64,000 nucleotides of DNA from Candidatus Parcubacteria bacterium (GCA_039795895.1 JBDKKW010000002.1:7347-71346), one strand, 5' to 3'. Positions 38,578 through 48,982 are shown, counted from the first letter of the stretch. Notes: generated by a model not told the origin, from the sequence alone. Program-made: numbers and translations.

Positions 38578-39131
38578 TTCTTTCCTTGTGGTTGAGGGTG
38601 AGTCGCCGGTTGATTAGGAGTCGCAACCTGCACACGGATCGGCTGAACCGGCTGTGTCGGCAGTTGACCTTGATTGGGTTGAAGCACGCTGACCACCGTC
38701 AGAAACGGACAGTCGCGTCCCTCATCACGATCAAAGGCGTATGACTTGAGAATTTCAAGCATACCACTAGTGAGATCTCCCGCATCACGCCCATGCCAAT
38801 CAATAAAGGTTCTCAAACCTTCAGGATTAAACCTGACCAACTTCGCATTCAAGATGCGTGAATTTGCACTGATGGTCACCTGATGAGGACGGAGGTCGAT
38901 GGTGTGCACACTATTAATAACAGGTGTGCGAGTATACCATCCCGGCCGATCGATCGTCTCAATCTGGCCGGTGATACGGTTGTAGTTGAATCCGAGCTCG
39001 TGGACATCAACGTCAGTAACCCACCACATCCGCCAAGCCCCCACACCCAAGACACCGACCACAATAACCACACCCAGAAAAACCAGCAATTTGAAACCAA
39101 GGCTGGAGTCGGAGTTTGAATTTGAGTTCAT
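38574..39131 (-). CDS. Membrane-anchored protein, SPFH-N-like; paralog of 38110-38577
   Basis: TM, PGWYTRTP, IDLRP, NAKLVRFN; GTGA stop/start overlap with the next gene. Confidence 0.7.
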   Translation of the reverse strand: MNSNSNSDSSLGFKLLVFLGVVIVVGVLGVGAWRMWWVTDVDVHELGFNYNRITGQIETIDRPGWYTRTPVINSVHTIDLRPHQVTISANSRILNAKLVRFNPEGLRTFIDWHGRDAGDLTSGMLEILKSYAFDRDEGRDCPFLTVVSVLQPNQGQLPTQPVQPIRVQVATPNQPATHPQPQGKK

Positions 39132-39306
39132 TTTTTTCCTTTTCTTTCTTTGTTTGTTACAGTACCGCGCCAGAAAAAGCTCTAGCGTATTCCATTTACT
39201 ATTATACACATAAATACAAAGGTGTCAATAGATTCACTTTTCGCTTGCAATTACTCATAAAATATGCTATACTCTCCACAGATTCAAGCTCTGTCCCACG
39301 AAAATT

Positions 39307-39558
39307 ATGAAAAGATTCGCAAAGATCCTCGTGCTCACGATCATCCTGGCCTCGGTCGCAGTGGTCCACCACCATCACCGTAAGGAAATGGCACGGAAGC
39401 AGGCTATCGCGCAATTCCTCAAGTTCGTGAACGAGGAAATGCCGAAGCTCAACGAAGCAGACAAACGGCGAGGCTTCGTTGAATTCCCCGACATCCCCTT
39501 CCCGGTCATCACCGAAGAGGCCCCGAAGGTCCCCGCAAATGAGGCCTTCACCAAGTAG
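39307..39558 (+). CDS. Small hypothetical exported/membrane protein
   Basis: Signal-like N-terminus; promoter TTGCAA..TATACT; terminator at ~39571-39600. Confidence 0.6.
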   Translation: MKRFAKILVLTIILASVAVVHHHHRKEMARKQAIAQFLKFVNEEMPKLNEADKRRGFVEFPDIPFPVITEEAPKVPANEAFTK

Positions 39559-39645
39559 CACTCCTGCTACACCCCACAGTCACTCTGTGGGTTTTCTTTT
39601 TGAAAATTAAAACCGATCGATTTGGTCGAACGGTTTGTTGCAATC

Positions 39646-39903
39646 TCACTTCGCTTTCTTCTTTTTTTTCTTTGCCGGCACGACCACAAACTCACTGGGG
39701 TCATACCACGCCTCGTGTCCACCTTTGTGTTGCACCTTGTAGCACAAGCCGTGCGCATCACTGTGGGTAATGACGGTTCCCGTGATTTTCCACCGACGCT
39801 TTTCCCACGCTCCATCTGTCCACTCACTGCGCTTGTCGTGGTTGGGCTTGGTGGTTCGCACTGTGGTCCCGGGCGAAACGGGCGGATATTTCTTGGTGGC
39901 CAT
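39646..39903 (-). CDS. Small basic hypothetical protein (SH3/KOW-like beta pattern)
   Basis: AAGAAAGG RBS; ITGTVITHSDAHGLCYKV..WYDPSEF. Confidence 0.65.
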   Translation of the reverse strand: MATKKYPPVSPGTTVRTTKPNHDKRSEWTDGAWEKRRWKITGTVITHSDAHGLCYKVQHKGGHEAWYDPSEFVVVPAKKKKKKAK

Positions 39904-40135
39904 ACAGAATCCTTTCTTGTATTTATCTTGGTTGCAGAACAATTCAGACGAAAACGTAGCACACAATACCATACAAATCAAATGGGTCGACAGATGACTC
40001 TTGACAAACAATCTATAGTATGCTAGCTTGCAGACATCCGGAACTAATTTCGGAAAACTCAAGCGTAAGACGCATACTTAGGCGTTTTGGCATGGGAGCA
40101 CATCGAAAACAAAAAAGAAAGAAAAGGATAGTATT

Positions 40136-40615
40136 ATGAAAAAGCAAGCGTTCCTCGGCGGTTCATGCAACCCCACCGTCTGGCGTGCCGAGATCGCGAT
40201 CCCTGCCTTTTTGGCTGCGGGTGTCGCCTTCTACAACCCCCAGGTGGATGATTGGAACGAAAAGGACGCCGCCTACAAGGCCGCGGGCATTGTCGGAGGC
40301 ATCACGGAAGTCGAGGGCAACGAAAAGCGTGATTCGCAAGAACTGCTTTTCGTCATCGACAGTCAGACCCGGGCCATCGCCTCGATCCTCGAAGCGACCG
40401 AATATGCCGCGAGTGGTCGCCAGGTCACACTGGTGATCAACAACATCCCGGACGGCACAGTGGTCGAAAATCAGACCATCACCGGACGCGAGCTGAAGGA
40501 TCTGAATCGCGCTCGGTCGTATCTCCTGGATGTGGCCAAGCGCCACTCGGGAAACGTCAGCGTGTTTCCGGACGTCGAGAGCGCTGTCGCTCACCTCATC
40601 GAAAAACTCAAGTAA
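40136..40615 (+). CDS. Nucleoside 2-deoxyribosyltransferase-like (Raw-like) protein
   Basis: FLGGSCNPTVWR...FYNPQVDDW...LFVIDSQTRAIASILE...DLNRARSYL. Confidence 0.75.
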   Translation: MKKQAFLGGSCNPTVWRAEIAIPAFLAAGVAFYNPQVDDWNEKDAAYKAAGIVGGITEVEGNEKRDSQELLFVIDSQTRAIASILEATEYAASGRQVTLVINNIPDGTVVENQTITGRELKDLNRARSYLLDVAKRHSGNVSVFPDVESAVAHLIEKLK

Positions 40616-40740
40616 GCTTTTGTCTGCCTACGGGTAGACGAGAGCAAGTATGTTTCTGCCAAACTAGCTTTTGGTGGAAAGATACCGTCTGCCCTGCAGA
40701 CAAAACACCGTCGGCACATTTGTGCTGGCGGTTTTTTATT

Positions 40741-43587
40741 TTATCTTCCTTGAGAGAGTGTCGTTTCGAGTGTTTGTTCCAAACCTTGTAGGTCGGTGGC
40801 AATAATGTGCGACATCTTTTCTTTTGCTAACTTAAGAAAGGTAATAAAAAAGTCTCGATACACTTTATAGTCATCATTTTCTGCTAATTCTTGGCTTCCA
40901 AAATCTTTTTTCAAGAATTCTTGCAAAGTCTCAACTCCCATCTGACTCTTAAGAATCTCAAGAATCGCCTTATCGGGACTTGTCGCTGATAAGATTGAAT
41001 CAATATGAGGAACCAATGCACTTGCCACCTCAGCAAAACGTCCGGTGTCACTCACCAAAACCAACCCTGCGTTTCTTTTAAGCGCCTCATTGATTTCCAT
41101 AATACTATACAGACCTCCGTTGCCGACCACCAACACCTGCTTTTGTCCCACACTCATCCGGTGATACAGCGCCTCCATATACGCAATATGGGTAATATAT
41201 TTTGAAGTATATTTATCCAAACCCCTCTTATTCCACTCTGCTGGAATAGGTGTCACAAGAGTATCAACAGGGGTATTTGCATATACTGAACCATCACCTT
41301 CCGCAACAAACCTATTTCCTGGAAAGTAGACACTCCCTCCTGGATTGATGGCGAAAAAATGTGCGCGATCAGCGTGCGCCAAATGGCCATACTGCCTACC
41401 ATACTCGATGTTTAATTGCCCAAAGACCGTGCCTATTCCTGATTGTGTCCCTGGCACACCGACATTAGCCTTATGCGCATGAGCGACACGACCAACCGTG
41501 TCACCAAAGATTTGCAACGGATTCACGACCCCGTCCAAATGTTTACACCCACCAATAATATTAATCAGAGGCCTATCACGATCAATCCTCAATGCATCGA
41601 GACATGACTCCTCAATATGAAATGGAATAGTTTGACTAGGATCATTCAACCGATACTCAAGTGACACCATACGGGCAGTCACGCCTTGATTACTTACTGC
41701 CTCATCGAAACCAGTAGGACAGATCTTGCGAGCTCCTACGATAAATGCATCATCAAATACTACATCAGTGGTTTGCACCTCGGGAGAAAACTTTTCCTCA
41801 AAATGTCTCTGACTAAGAATATTTTTATAGAGGAAGGTTGAGTATTCCTCTTTTGCTTGTTCAAAAAGAGCAATCAGTGCGTTTGTAGAATCAGAGTCAG
41901 AAGGCGACTGTCTAACCTTATCATACAAACTGTTCGCGACCGCATATTTCTCAGAAACGTTATTCAATACAAAATGAAGACAATTTTCAATAGAATCAGA
42001 TACATACATGTCTTTCCGCAAGCTCTCTAGCGAGTTTGAAAAAGAGTGAAAAATTCGCAAAGCACTCTCGAGACCGTCGTACGATGCGCGATCAAACATC
42101 GGCATCCTCTCAAAAACACCTCTTACGTGTGGTGGTATATGCTTTTTCTCATTGATCAGTACTCGCGCAAGCACCGCATCATGCATAACCCCCACAAATG
42201 AATGTTGGTCGCCTTCCTTAGACTTTTTATATTGTCCGCGAAAGACCGCATATCGATCAGCCTCAGATGTTTGTCCGGTATGTGAGAGAAAATGGTGGAC
42301 CAATTTTACAATATTGTAATAATTAGGACTATTCAATATCTTCGATTCCACCTCATACGAATCAGTAGCGACTCGATTTGCCGAGTACCCAGATAATTCA
42401 ACCGACTCCTTTGTATAGATATAACCACTTATTAAGCTCGTCATCTCTTCTGCGAGTTGCATAATCAACACACACTCCTCTTTTGATTGAGCCTGTTCAA
42501 TGATACCGTCGGGAAGTATCCACCCGTTCTCAACAACACTACGCGCCACCGATGCGGGACCAGTTTTTTTTACATACTCAAAAAAAGTATTTTCGGCACA
42601 ACCTACTCGTGTCAAAAACTGCCCATCTTGATTCTGCTGTATTACACCAACAGTACCGCGTTCATTATTTGTTTTAGCCCGTTGAACTTTTAGTTCAGTG
42701 ACCGAATCAGCGTCGAGCCAATTTCCACGTTCAAATTCAGTAATTGTCGCATCATCAATCAAGCCATATGGTAGATGCGAATAAAAACCAGAAAAAGTGA
42801 TCGAGATACCGTTTGAATCCAACAAAATATGTGCTCGATCTTTGACGCGTAACGGCTCCGCTCTACGAGACATAAAAAGATGATTGATGATTCGGGCACG
42901 CTCACGACGAGCTTCGTGTATCAATTCCCCGCCCTCGAGTGTTCGAAGCGTATTAATACACTGTATAATCTTTTGTGGCTCAACACTTTTAAACTTTTTC
43001 TTAGTGAAAATTTCTTCGGGCACAAAACCCAGCTCACAAATAAGATCCTCAATTACTGTCGGATTATTGAACAGCGGATCAATCAAATCGATCCATTTAT
43101 TACTCTGGACATCGAGTATTCTTGCACACTCTTGTTGTAAATCGACTAGATATGTTTCTTGGGTGGTATTCGGGTTTTTATCCAAAAAAGAAAGTCTTTC
43201 GTATAATGCAACCGCACTTACTCCCTTGAGTGATTCTGGGGTCATTTGCGCAGGAACCTCCGTATCAACACCACTACCTGTACCTAGTGTCGACGACCAT
43301 TCCAACAACCCTCGCATAAACACTGCCTCAGCACTTTCCCCTTCAGCGACCAAATGGCGGAGATCTGCCCCTTTGTGTCCATTCAAGTGAGAAAGTAGTC
43401 TAATATTTTCCCCAACAACAGACTTTTGTTCTGGAGACAAAGCATCAAACCACGCATGGTCGACGGATTCGATGGTGACACCATCATCTCCCCGACTCAC
43501 ACCAAAAACAATATCATCTATTCGCGTATGCATATCCTGACTAACGGAATCATCAGCCGATGTTGTTGTAATTATCTTTTCAGGCAT
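40741..43587 (-). CDS. Large protein with C-terminal SLOG (LSDAT/TRPM-type)-like domain
   Basis: INIIGG, PGTQSGIG, VVGNGGLYSIMEINEAL, LVSDTGRFAE. Confidence 0.7.
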   Translation of the reverse strand: MPEKIITTTSADDSVSQDMHTRIDDIVFGVSRGDDGVTIESVDHAWFDALSPEQKSVVGENIRLLSHLNGHKGADLRHLVAEGESAEAVFMRGLLEWSSTLGTGSGVDTEVPAQMTPESLKGVSAVALYERLSFLDKNPNTTQETYLVDLQQECARILDVQSNKWIDLIDPLFNNPTVIEDLICELGFVPEEIFTKKKFKSVEPQKIIQCINTLRTLEGGELIHEARRERARIINHLFMSRRAEPLRVKDRAHILLDSNGISITFSGFYSHLPYGLIDDATITEFERGNWLDADSVTELKVQRAKTNNERGTVGVIQQNQDGQFLTRVGCAENTFFEYVKKTGPASVARSVVENGWILPDGIIEQAQSKEECVLIMQLAEEMTSLISGYIYTKESVELSGYSANRVATDSYEVESKILNSPNYYNIVKLVHHFLSHTGQTSEADRYAVFRGQYKKSKEGDQHSFVGVMHDAVLARVLINEKKHIPPHVRGVFERMPMFDRASYDGLESALRIFHSFSNSLESLRKDMYVSDSIENCLHFVLNNVSEKYAVANSLYDKVRQSPSDSDSTNALIALFEQAKEEYSTFLYKNILSQRHFEEKFSPEVQTTDVVFDDAFIVGARKICPTGFDEAVSNQGVTARMVSLEYRLNDPSQTIPFHIEESCLDALRIDRDRPLINIIGGCKHLDGVVNPLQIFGDTVGRVAHAHKANVGVPGTQSGIGTVFGQLNIEYGRQYGHLAHADRAHFFAINPGGSVYFPGNRFVAEGDGSVYANTPVDTLVTPIPAEWNKRGLDKYTSKYITHIAYMEALYHRMSVGQKQVLVVGNGGLYSIMEINEALKRNAGLVLVSDTGRFAEVASALVPHIDSILSATSPDKAILEILKSQMGVETLQEFLKKDFGSQELAENDDYKVYRDFFITFLKLAKEKMSHIIATDLQGLEQTLETTLSQGR

Positions 43588-43726
43588 TATAAGGTTTATT
43601 CTATCAGCTCAACGTCTTTACGCCAATAATACCCGCACAGACAACCTAATGAAAAATCGACTTTGATTTTTTCTCCAAGTTTGATAGTATACGAGCGTTG
43701 CGTTGCAGAAGCATCACAACACCTAT

Positions 43727-43799
43727 TCCGTGGTAGCTCAGCTGGTAGAGCGCCTCGCTGTTAACGAGGATGTCCTTGGTTCGATCCCAAGCCACGGAG
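43727..43799 (+). tRNA. tRNA-Asn(GTT)
   Basis: TCCGTGG...CCACGGAG acceptor stem, loop CTGTTAA, TTCGATC T-loop. Confidence 0.97.
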
Positions 43800-45503
43800 C
43801 AAAGTTGGACAGACCGAGGCAAAAACCTCGGTTTTGTCTTTATCTGCCTCACACAATCTAGGTTCGAACGCTTCATTTTGTGACTTTGCTGTAAGTAAGC
43901 CCTTAGAGATGATCGAGAACACATCTTTGTTGGTAATACTGAGTTTTTTAGTCTTTAGAATTAGGTTCGAACCGAGAGCCGACAATGCCTCTTGTTTCTC
44001 CTCAAAGGTGCCTGTACGGAAGATTTCACTCAGTCCGACGATCAACTTGAAGGCTTTCTTTGTTTCTTCAAAGTTCGCGGTATCAACTCCGCCAATGTCA
44101 GCGAGTACTTGCTTGATTCTACGCTTATCATTCTCAAGCGACTCTTTGTGTTTTAAGAATTCGTCGTCATTTTCAATAAGTCCCTTCATGCGCATGCGCA
44201 CCAATTCCTGAGACTCACGCTCTTTTTGTGCCAACTCTCGCTCCCATGTACCTTTACGCTCATATTCAGTTTGCCGATCTTGTGTAGCAAGGGTCTCAAG
44301 ATTTTGAATACACCACTGACTCAACGCTTCCGAAACCTCAAGTTTCTTTTGTAGCTCTTCAATCATTGTGTCGTCAATGTGTGACTCACTAACACTCCGC
44401 TCCGGACACGTTTCATCCCTTCGCTTGGTGCAGTGATAGAAAATATAATGAAGATAGGTCGGATGATCCATCTTTTCGATTTTAGTTTCGCACTTGGGGC
44501 ATACCTCACGATTTTTATACGCAAACTTAAATTTGCACTCAAAACAAATAAGTTGATGTTTATGCTCGGCGGTCACGGATCCACCGCAGGTACCACATTT
44601 CGTCCGGCCTCGGTACGGAAACATCTTGATGTTCACACTCGGACACGGCTGACCCTTTCGGCCCAGCATTGCTTGAATCTGCCAATATTGAGCCTCTGTG
44701 ATCATTCTCGGGACAGTCTCATCTACTTCATAGCGTTTAGATTCCCTGTTTTCATCCAATCCGTAAAAGAAACCTGCATAGTATGGGTCTTTAAGCATGG
44801 CATAAATTCGAGAGAGCTTGATAGCCGTGCCACCCTCTTTCTGCCGTCGAATTGTTTTTAATCCCATGACTTCATCAGAGTATTTGAGTAGTGACCGTAC
44901 AGAATATTTACCCGTTAGATACATCTCAAGAAGTTTCTTGACCAATGGAAAGCGATCGGGGTCAACCACGATGCGTCGCTCCCCTTTCTTTCCGTAATCG
45001 TTGATATAGCCAGGCTTTGCAATGCCACCAGGAATACCCATTTCATTTTTCTTGCGAAGGCCTCGCTGAACATCGATACCTTTTGAATCGTTTTCCATCT
45101 TTGCCTGGCTCGTAAGCATACTAAAGAAGAATTTATCTTGTGGTGTATTCCGATAAACCTGACTTGGTGTAACAATTTCGTGTAGGTGACCTTTATCCAT
45201 CTGCTCAATGAGTCGCGCAGCGTCGATGGCGTTTCGAGCAAAGCGATTTGGATGCCACCCGATAACTCCTTGTACTTTTTTCTGTTCAATGTCTCGGATC
45301 AATTGCTCAAAAACAGGACGCGTATAAGCCGTTTTTGCTGAGTGAGATTCGTGCAATATCTGATCATCAGAAAGGTGAATCTTTCTACTCTCAGCGAGCT
45401 TGCGTAGTTCATTGACTTGAGAATCAATCGACAGAACTTGTTTATCATCTGCCTCACTGGACTTGCGCGCATAAAGTCGATAGTTTATTTTTGTTGTTGT
45501 CAT
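43761..45503 (-). CDS. Large serine recombinase (resolvase, recombinase, Zn-ribbon, coiled coil)
   Basis: LYARKSSE, ESHSAK..RPVF, NRFARN, multiple CxxC; C-terminus reads antisense through the tRNA. Confidence 0.93.
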   Translation of the reverse strand: MTTTKINYRLYARKSSEADDKQVLSIDSQVNELRKLAESRKIHLSDDQILHESHSAKTAYTRPVFEQLIRDIEQKKVQGVIGWHPNRFARNAIDAARLIEQMDKGHLHEIVTPSQVYRNTPQDKFFFSMLTSQAKMENDSKGIDVQRGLRKKNEMGIPGGIAKPGYINDYGKKGERRIVVDPDRFPLVKKLLEMYLTGKYSVRSLLKYSDEVMGLKTIRRQKEGGTAIKLSRIYAMLKDPYYAGFFYGLDENRESKRYEVDETVPRMITEAQYWQIQAMLGRKGQPCPSVNIKMFPYRGRTKCGTCGGSVTAEHKHQLICFECKFKFAYKNREVCPKCETKIEKMDHPTYLHYIFYHCTKRRDETCPERSVSESHIDDTMIEELQKKLEVSEALSQWCIQNLETLATQDRQTEYERKGTWERELAQKERESQELVRMRMKGLIENDDEFLKHKESLENDKRRIKQVLADIGGVDTANFEETKKAFKLIVGLSEIFRTGTFEEKQEALSALGSNLILKTKKLSITNKDVFSIISKGLLTAKSQNEAFEPRLCEADKDKTEVFASVCPTLLRGLGSNQGHPR

Positions 45504-45922
45504 AAATCAAAAAGTCTAAAATAATAAAGATAATATCCTCATACACTATCAAGATTTTCTTATGTAGTCTGCATTTTTGTGAAGAATTAATTAATAAATA
45601 CTGATACACGGCCGACCGCTCTTAGCCCCCACGAACCCACTCTCCCCCTACCCCCATGGTTGGTACCATTGGAGCTTCGCCGTGCCTTTGATCCGTTTTT
45701 TCTCGGAGGCGACTTGGTTTTAGTTGTGGTACCGCCTAGCGCAAGCGCTCCCGGCCCCGTACATAATTGCGTTAAAAACCTCTCGCTACACCGCAATTAG
45801 AGGTGGCTTAATGTTGTACCGATACCCGGCATCCCAATCTTGTGGGATCACAAAGCCTTCCTATGTCTATTTTATTTTTACAAGCCCCACATAGGTTCGC
45901 CCAGGGCTTGAATGGGCGTGCT

Positions 45923-46135
45923 CTATTGCACACTGGTATTTGCCACAAGAGAGTTTTCCTCTCTTGCTTGAACGAACGCCACCTTTGCATTCGCTCGAGC
46001 AAGAACAGAAAGTCCGACACGTGTCAGGCGCAACAAAGACATACCAAGCTCGACTGCTTGGTCATCAGAAATCGATACGCCGTTTTCGTTGAGTACGATT
46101 TCTTTTAATTCTTTTGTGGCTTTTTGTGACAACAT
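45923..46135 (-). CDS. Small protein upstream of recombinase (candidate directionality factor)
   Basis: MLSQKATKELKEIV...ISDDQAVELG; function inferred from position only. Confidence 0.55.
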   Translation of the reverse strand: MLSQKATKELKEIVLNENGVSISDDQAVELGMSLLRLTRVGLSVLARANAKVAFVQAREENSLVANTSVQ

Positions 46136-46194
46136 AAAAAGACCCCTCAATCTTAAAGGGGGCTTTTCATTCAATATTCATTCATTAATATGAA

Positions 46195-46905
46195 TCAGAA
46201 TTTTTTATTCAACTCTAGCTTCCAGCCAGTCTTTGCTGAATTGAAAATAACCTTATGGCCAAAGGCTTCCTTCAGTCTTTTGTGTAATTCACTTACATAC
46301 TTTGCAACAGTTTGATTAGATATTCCCAACCGCTTATCTGAAGAGAAAATCTCATCTTTAATATCATCAATATTAACAACCTTCCCATGATTATTCATAA
46401 ATAATCGACAGAGGACAGTGAGTTGCCCCCTGAGGGAAACATCTTTTCCTTTATATTTAATTGAGCCATCGACACAAGCACTCAGATCGTAAATCTTTAT
46501 CTCATCTTTGATACGTGCTGTGCGTAATTGCCTTCTAACAATTTGTTCTTTAATCTCCTCAAAATAAAGATCTAACTTAGAAGAATCGTCCACATGTACT
46601 ACAAAGCCAAGTACAGACGGAGGTCGTGGTACAGGGAAAAAATTATCACGACTCGCCATGAGAGAACTACCTGGAGGTATACCCGCCTCAATAGAAGAAG
46701 TACACTCCCTAAAAGAAATGAGGTTTTTCGTCCCTTCACTAACCAACCCTAGAGTTTTTCTTAATCCGTCCCTATCTCTCAACAAAGGATCATCTTTAAT
46801 TCTATGGAAAATAAACTTAACTGATTCCTTGTCCGACCCTCTTAGTTCCATACGAAGAATCTCGTGCACTCTTTCTATCTTTAAAATTTGGAGGTCTTTT
46901 TCCAT
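46195..46905 (-). CDS. Protein with C-terminal OmpR-type winged HTH
   Basis: LFMNNHGKVV...TVAKYVSELHKRL...GWKL. Confidence 0.75.
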   Translation of the reverse strand: MEKDLQILKIERVHEILRMELRGSDKESVKFIFHRIKDDPLLRDRDGLRKTLGLVSEGTKNLISFRECTSSIEAGIPPGSSLMASRDNFFPVPRPPSVLGFVVHVDDSSKLDLYFEEIKEQIVRRQLRTARIKDEIKIYDLSACVDGSIKYKGKDVSLRGQLTVLCRLFMNNHGKVVNIDDIKDEIFSSDKRLGISNQTVAKYVSELHKRLKEAFGHKVIFNSAKTGWKLELNKKF

Positions 46906-47051
46906 ATTTTTAATACTAATCTCTTTAGGCCCAAATATGCAAGCTTTCGCAAGAATTGATTGTACGAATTGCAGTTAAGATGTTAAACTTTACAATACAA
47001 CTGAATATGGCCTAACCCGTTGATTTTATCAACGGTATGGCAATCAAAAGT

Positions 47052-47156
47052 CCTGGAAAGACACAAAAACCCCGTCATGGGTGTTGTCTTTCCAGGCCGT
47101 ATTGGGAAACTGGTACGCTCGGCGAAAGCCGAGGCCCCGTGGCGGGATTTTTGTGT
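47052..47156. ncRNA. C4/CI-antisense-like structured RNA element
   Basis: Long closing stem 47061-81/47136-56, CTCGGC-GAAA-GCCGAG hairpin, competing 12-bp inverted repeat 47052-63/47085-96. Confidence 0.5.
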
Positions 47157-47189
47157 ACCTCACGGGTTTATCCATTAAAGATAAACCTC

Positions 47190-47657
47190 ATGCAAGAACG
47201 CATTTTAAAAAAGGAGGACAAGCTCGTTTATTGGGCAGGCATCTTAAATCCTAAAAAAGGAAGTCTCGTATTAACGAATAATCGGCTTTATTTCACAGTA
47301 GATAACAAGGAGCTATTCTCTATTCTACTTAGCAATGTTTTGAGTGTGAATTGTCAAAAAGGAATTGGCACCAGTAATGAAAATATGTTCGTGATCTACA
47401 AAGATGGCGACAAAGAAAAGAAGGTCAAAATACAGCACAGTTCACTCATGTCTCTTGCCACTGTTGGTAATCTATCTCGAATTAGTGCTTCCTATTTCTC
47501 CTCATGGGAGCAGGCTATCAACTCAGCACGCTCAGGCAATCAGGACAACGAAAAAGGCTCGATAGATGATTTAGAGAGACTCTCAGAACTTAAAAAGAAA
47601 GGTATTTTAACTGAGGAAGAATTTTCTGCAAAAAAGAAGCAGATACTTGGCATATAA
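47190..47657 (+). CDS. PH/GRAM-like plus SHOCT domain protein
   Basis: GSLVLTNNRLYF; LERLSELKKKGILTEEEFSAKKKQIL. Confidence 0.8.
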   Translation: MQERILKKEDKLVYWAGILNPKKGSLVLTNNRLYFTVDNKELFSILLSNVLSVNCQKGIGTSNENMFVIYKDGDKEKKVKIQHSSLMSLATVGNLSRISASYFSSWEQAINSARSGNQDNEKGSIDDLERLSELKKKGILTEEEFSAKKKQILGI

Positions 47658-47659
47658 AT

Positions 47660-48133
47660 ATGAAAAAGATTTATACATTCTTTCTGGCAATCCCCTTATT
47701 TCTCTCCACAACCCCCACCTTCGCCTCCACGCACTGTCTCTCCAACCAAGCACTGCCTGATCACACCTGTACCCCAGGAGCAATACTCACCACAGACGCT
47801 CTTATCGTCTGTGTCTCTGGCTACACTAAAACCGTCCGTAACGTTTCTACGGCAGTCAAAAAGATGGTATTCAAGGAATATGCTATTCCGTGGTCACTAC
47901 ATAGTAACTACGAAGTAGATCACTTGATTAGTCTTGAGCTGGGCGGAAGCAATGATGTTAGCAACCTATGGCCTGAATCGTACCTAATCAAGGATGGATC
48001 GCGTACCAAGGATACCTTTGAGAACTACCTCCATAGACAGGTGTGTGGAGGCAAATTGAGCCTTGTGGAGGCCCAGAAGGAGATCAAGGGAGGTTGGAGA
48101 GAGTATTATCGGGAGTGGAAGCACTTGAATTAG
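47660..48133 (+). CDS. Secreted HNH-like protein
   Basis: Signal peptide; YEVDHLISLELGGSNDVSNLWPE. Confidence 0.8.
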   Translation: MKKIYTFFLAIPLFLSTTPTFASTHCLSNQALPDHTCTPGAILTTDALIVCVSGYTKTVRNVSTAVKKMVFKEYAIPWSLHSNYEVDHLISLELGGSNDVSNLWPESYLIKDGSRTKDTFENYLHRQVCGGKLSLVEAQKEIKGGWREYYREWKHLN

Positions 48134-48807
48134 TTACAAGGATTTTTCTGTGTAAATTGCTTAACCAGAACTGAAAAATTACTCCACAGACTCGGATCAA
48201 CTTCTTGATCTCTCTTGATTAAACTCTGGATGTCTTTATTTTCCCATGTCTTTTGTATTTGATAACCAAAATCAGCGTTTATCATACTACACTCAACAAT
48301 ACCCTCCCGATAAAAGTTTCCCATTTCCTCAAAAACACCCAAATAATTTTCTACCTGACCCTTAGAAAATCCTGGGGCACCAGTCCGATTAAGAATTTTT
48401 GTACTTGGATCCGCCGAATCTAATTTATCTGAAATAGCTGAATAGGTTGGTTGGTTAAGCTGGGTATCAAAATTAAGCACAATATCGGAGGAATCCTTGA
48501 GATGATTCTCGTGTAGTTGATCCTTGGAAATCCAAACTGTCGCAAAACCAACAATTAATGCGATCATTACTCCTGCAATACTTATCCTATTGAGAGCCGT
48601 GGCCAATTTTCCAGCAGCATCACCACTCTCTTTTGCTTGTGCAGTAACAGCATCAAGAATCTTCTTGATCTCAACCATTGCGTTTTTTAATTCAAGTACT
48701 GACTTCGCAATGAGAACCGACTCGGATTTCTGAGCCCGAGTATCTCCACCTTCACTTACATACTCCGCCAATTGTTCAATGCTTTTACTAAAAAGATTTT
48801 CTGGCAT
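48130..48807 (-). CDS. Hypothetical membrane-anchored protein (DUF4760-like C-terminus)
   Basis: Coiled coil, TM, YLGVFEEMG..YREGIV. Confidence 0.65.
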   Translation of the reverse strand: MPENLFSKSIEQLAEYVSEGGDTRAQKSESVLIAKSVLELKNAMVEIKKILDAVTAQAKESGDAAGKLATALNRISIAGVMIALIVGFATVWISKDQLHENHLKDSSDIVLNFDTQLNQPTYSAISDKLDSADPSTKILNRTGAPGFSKGQVENYLGVFEEMGNFYREGIVECSMINADFGYQIQKTWENKDIQSLIKRDQEVDPSLWSNFSVLVKQFTQKNPCN

Positions 48808-48982
48808 AAATATACTGGGTGAGTAAGGACTTGAATGAGACGTTGAAGATAAGTCATCATTTTATCATACCCCGCTCAGTTTCAGTTTCTTGCAAAAAGT
48901 GATTTGTGTCAAATTGCATCATCTAAATAAAAGCCTTAAGGACTTCTTGAGTACCCTAAATTTATTATGTAAATCAGCTATA

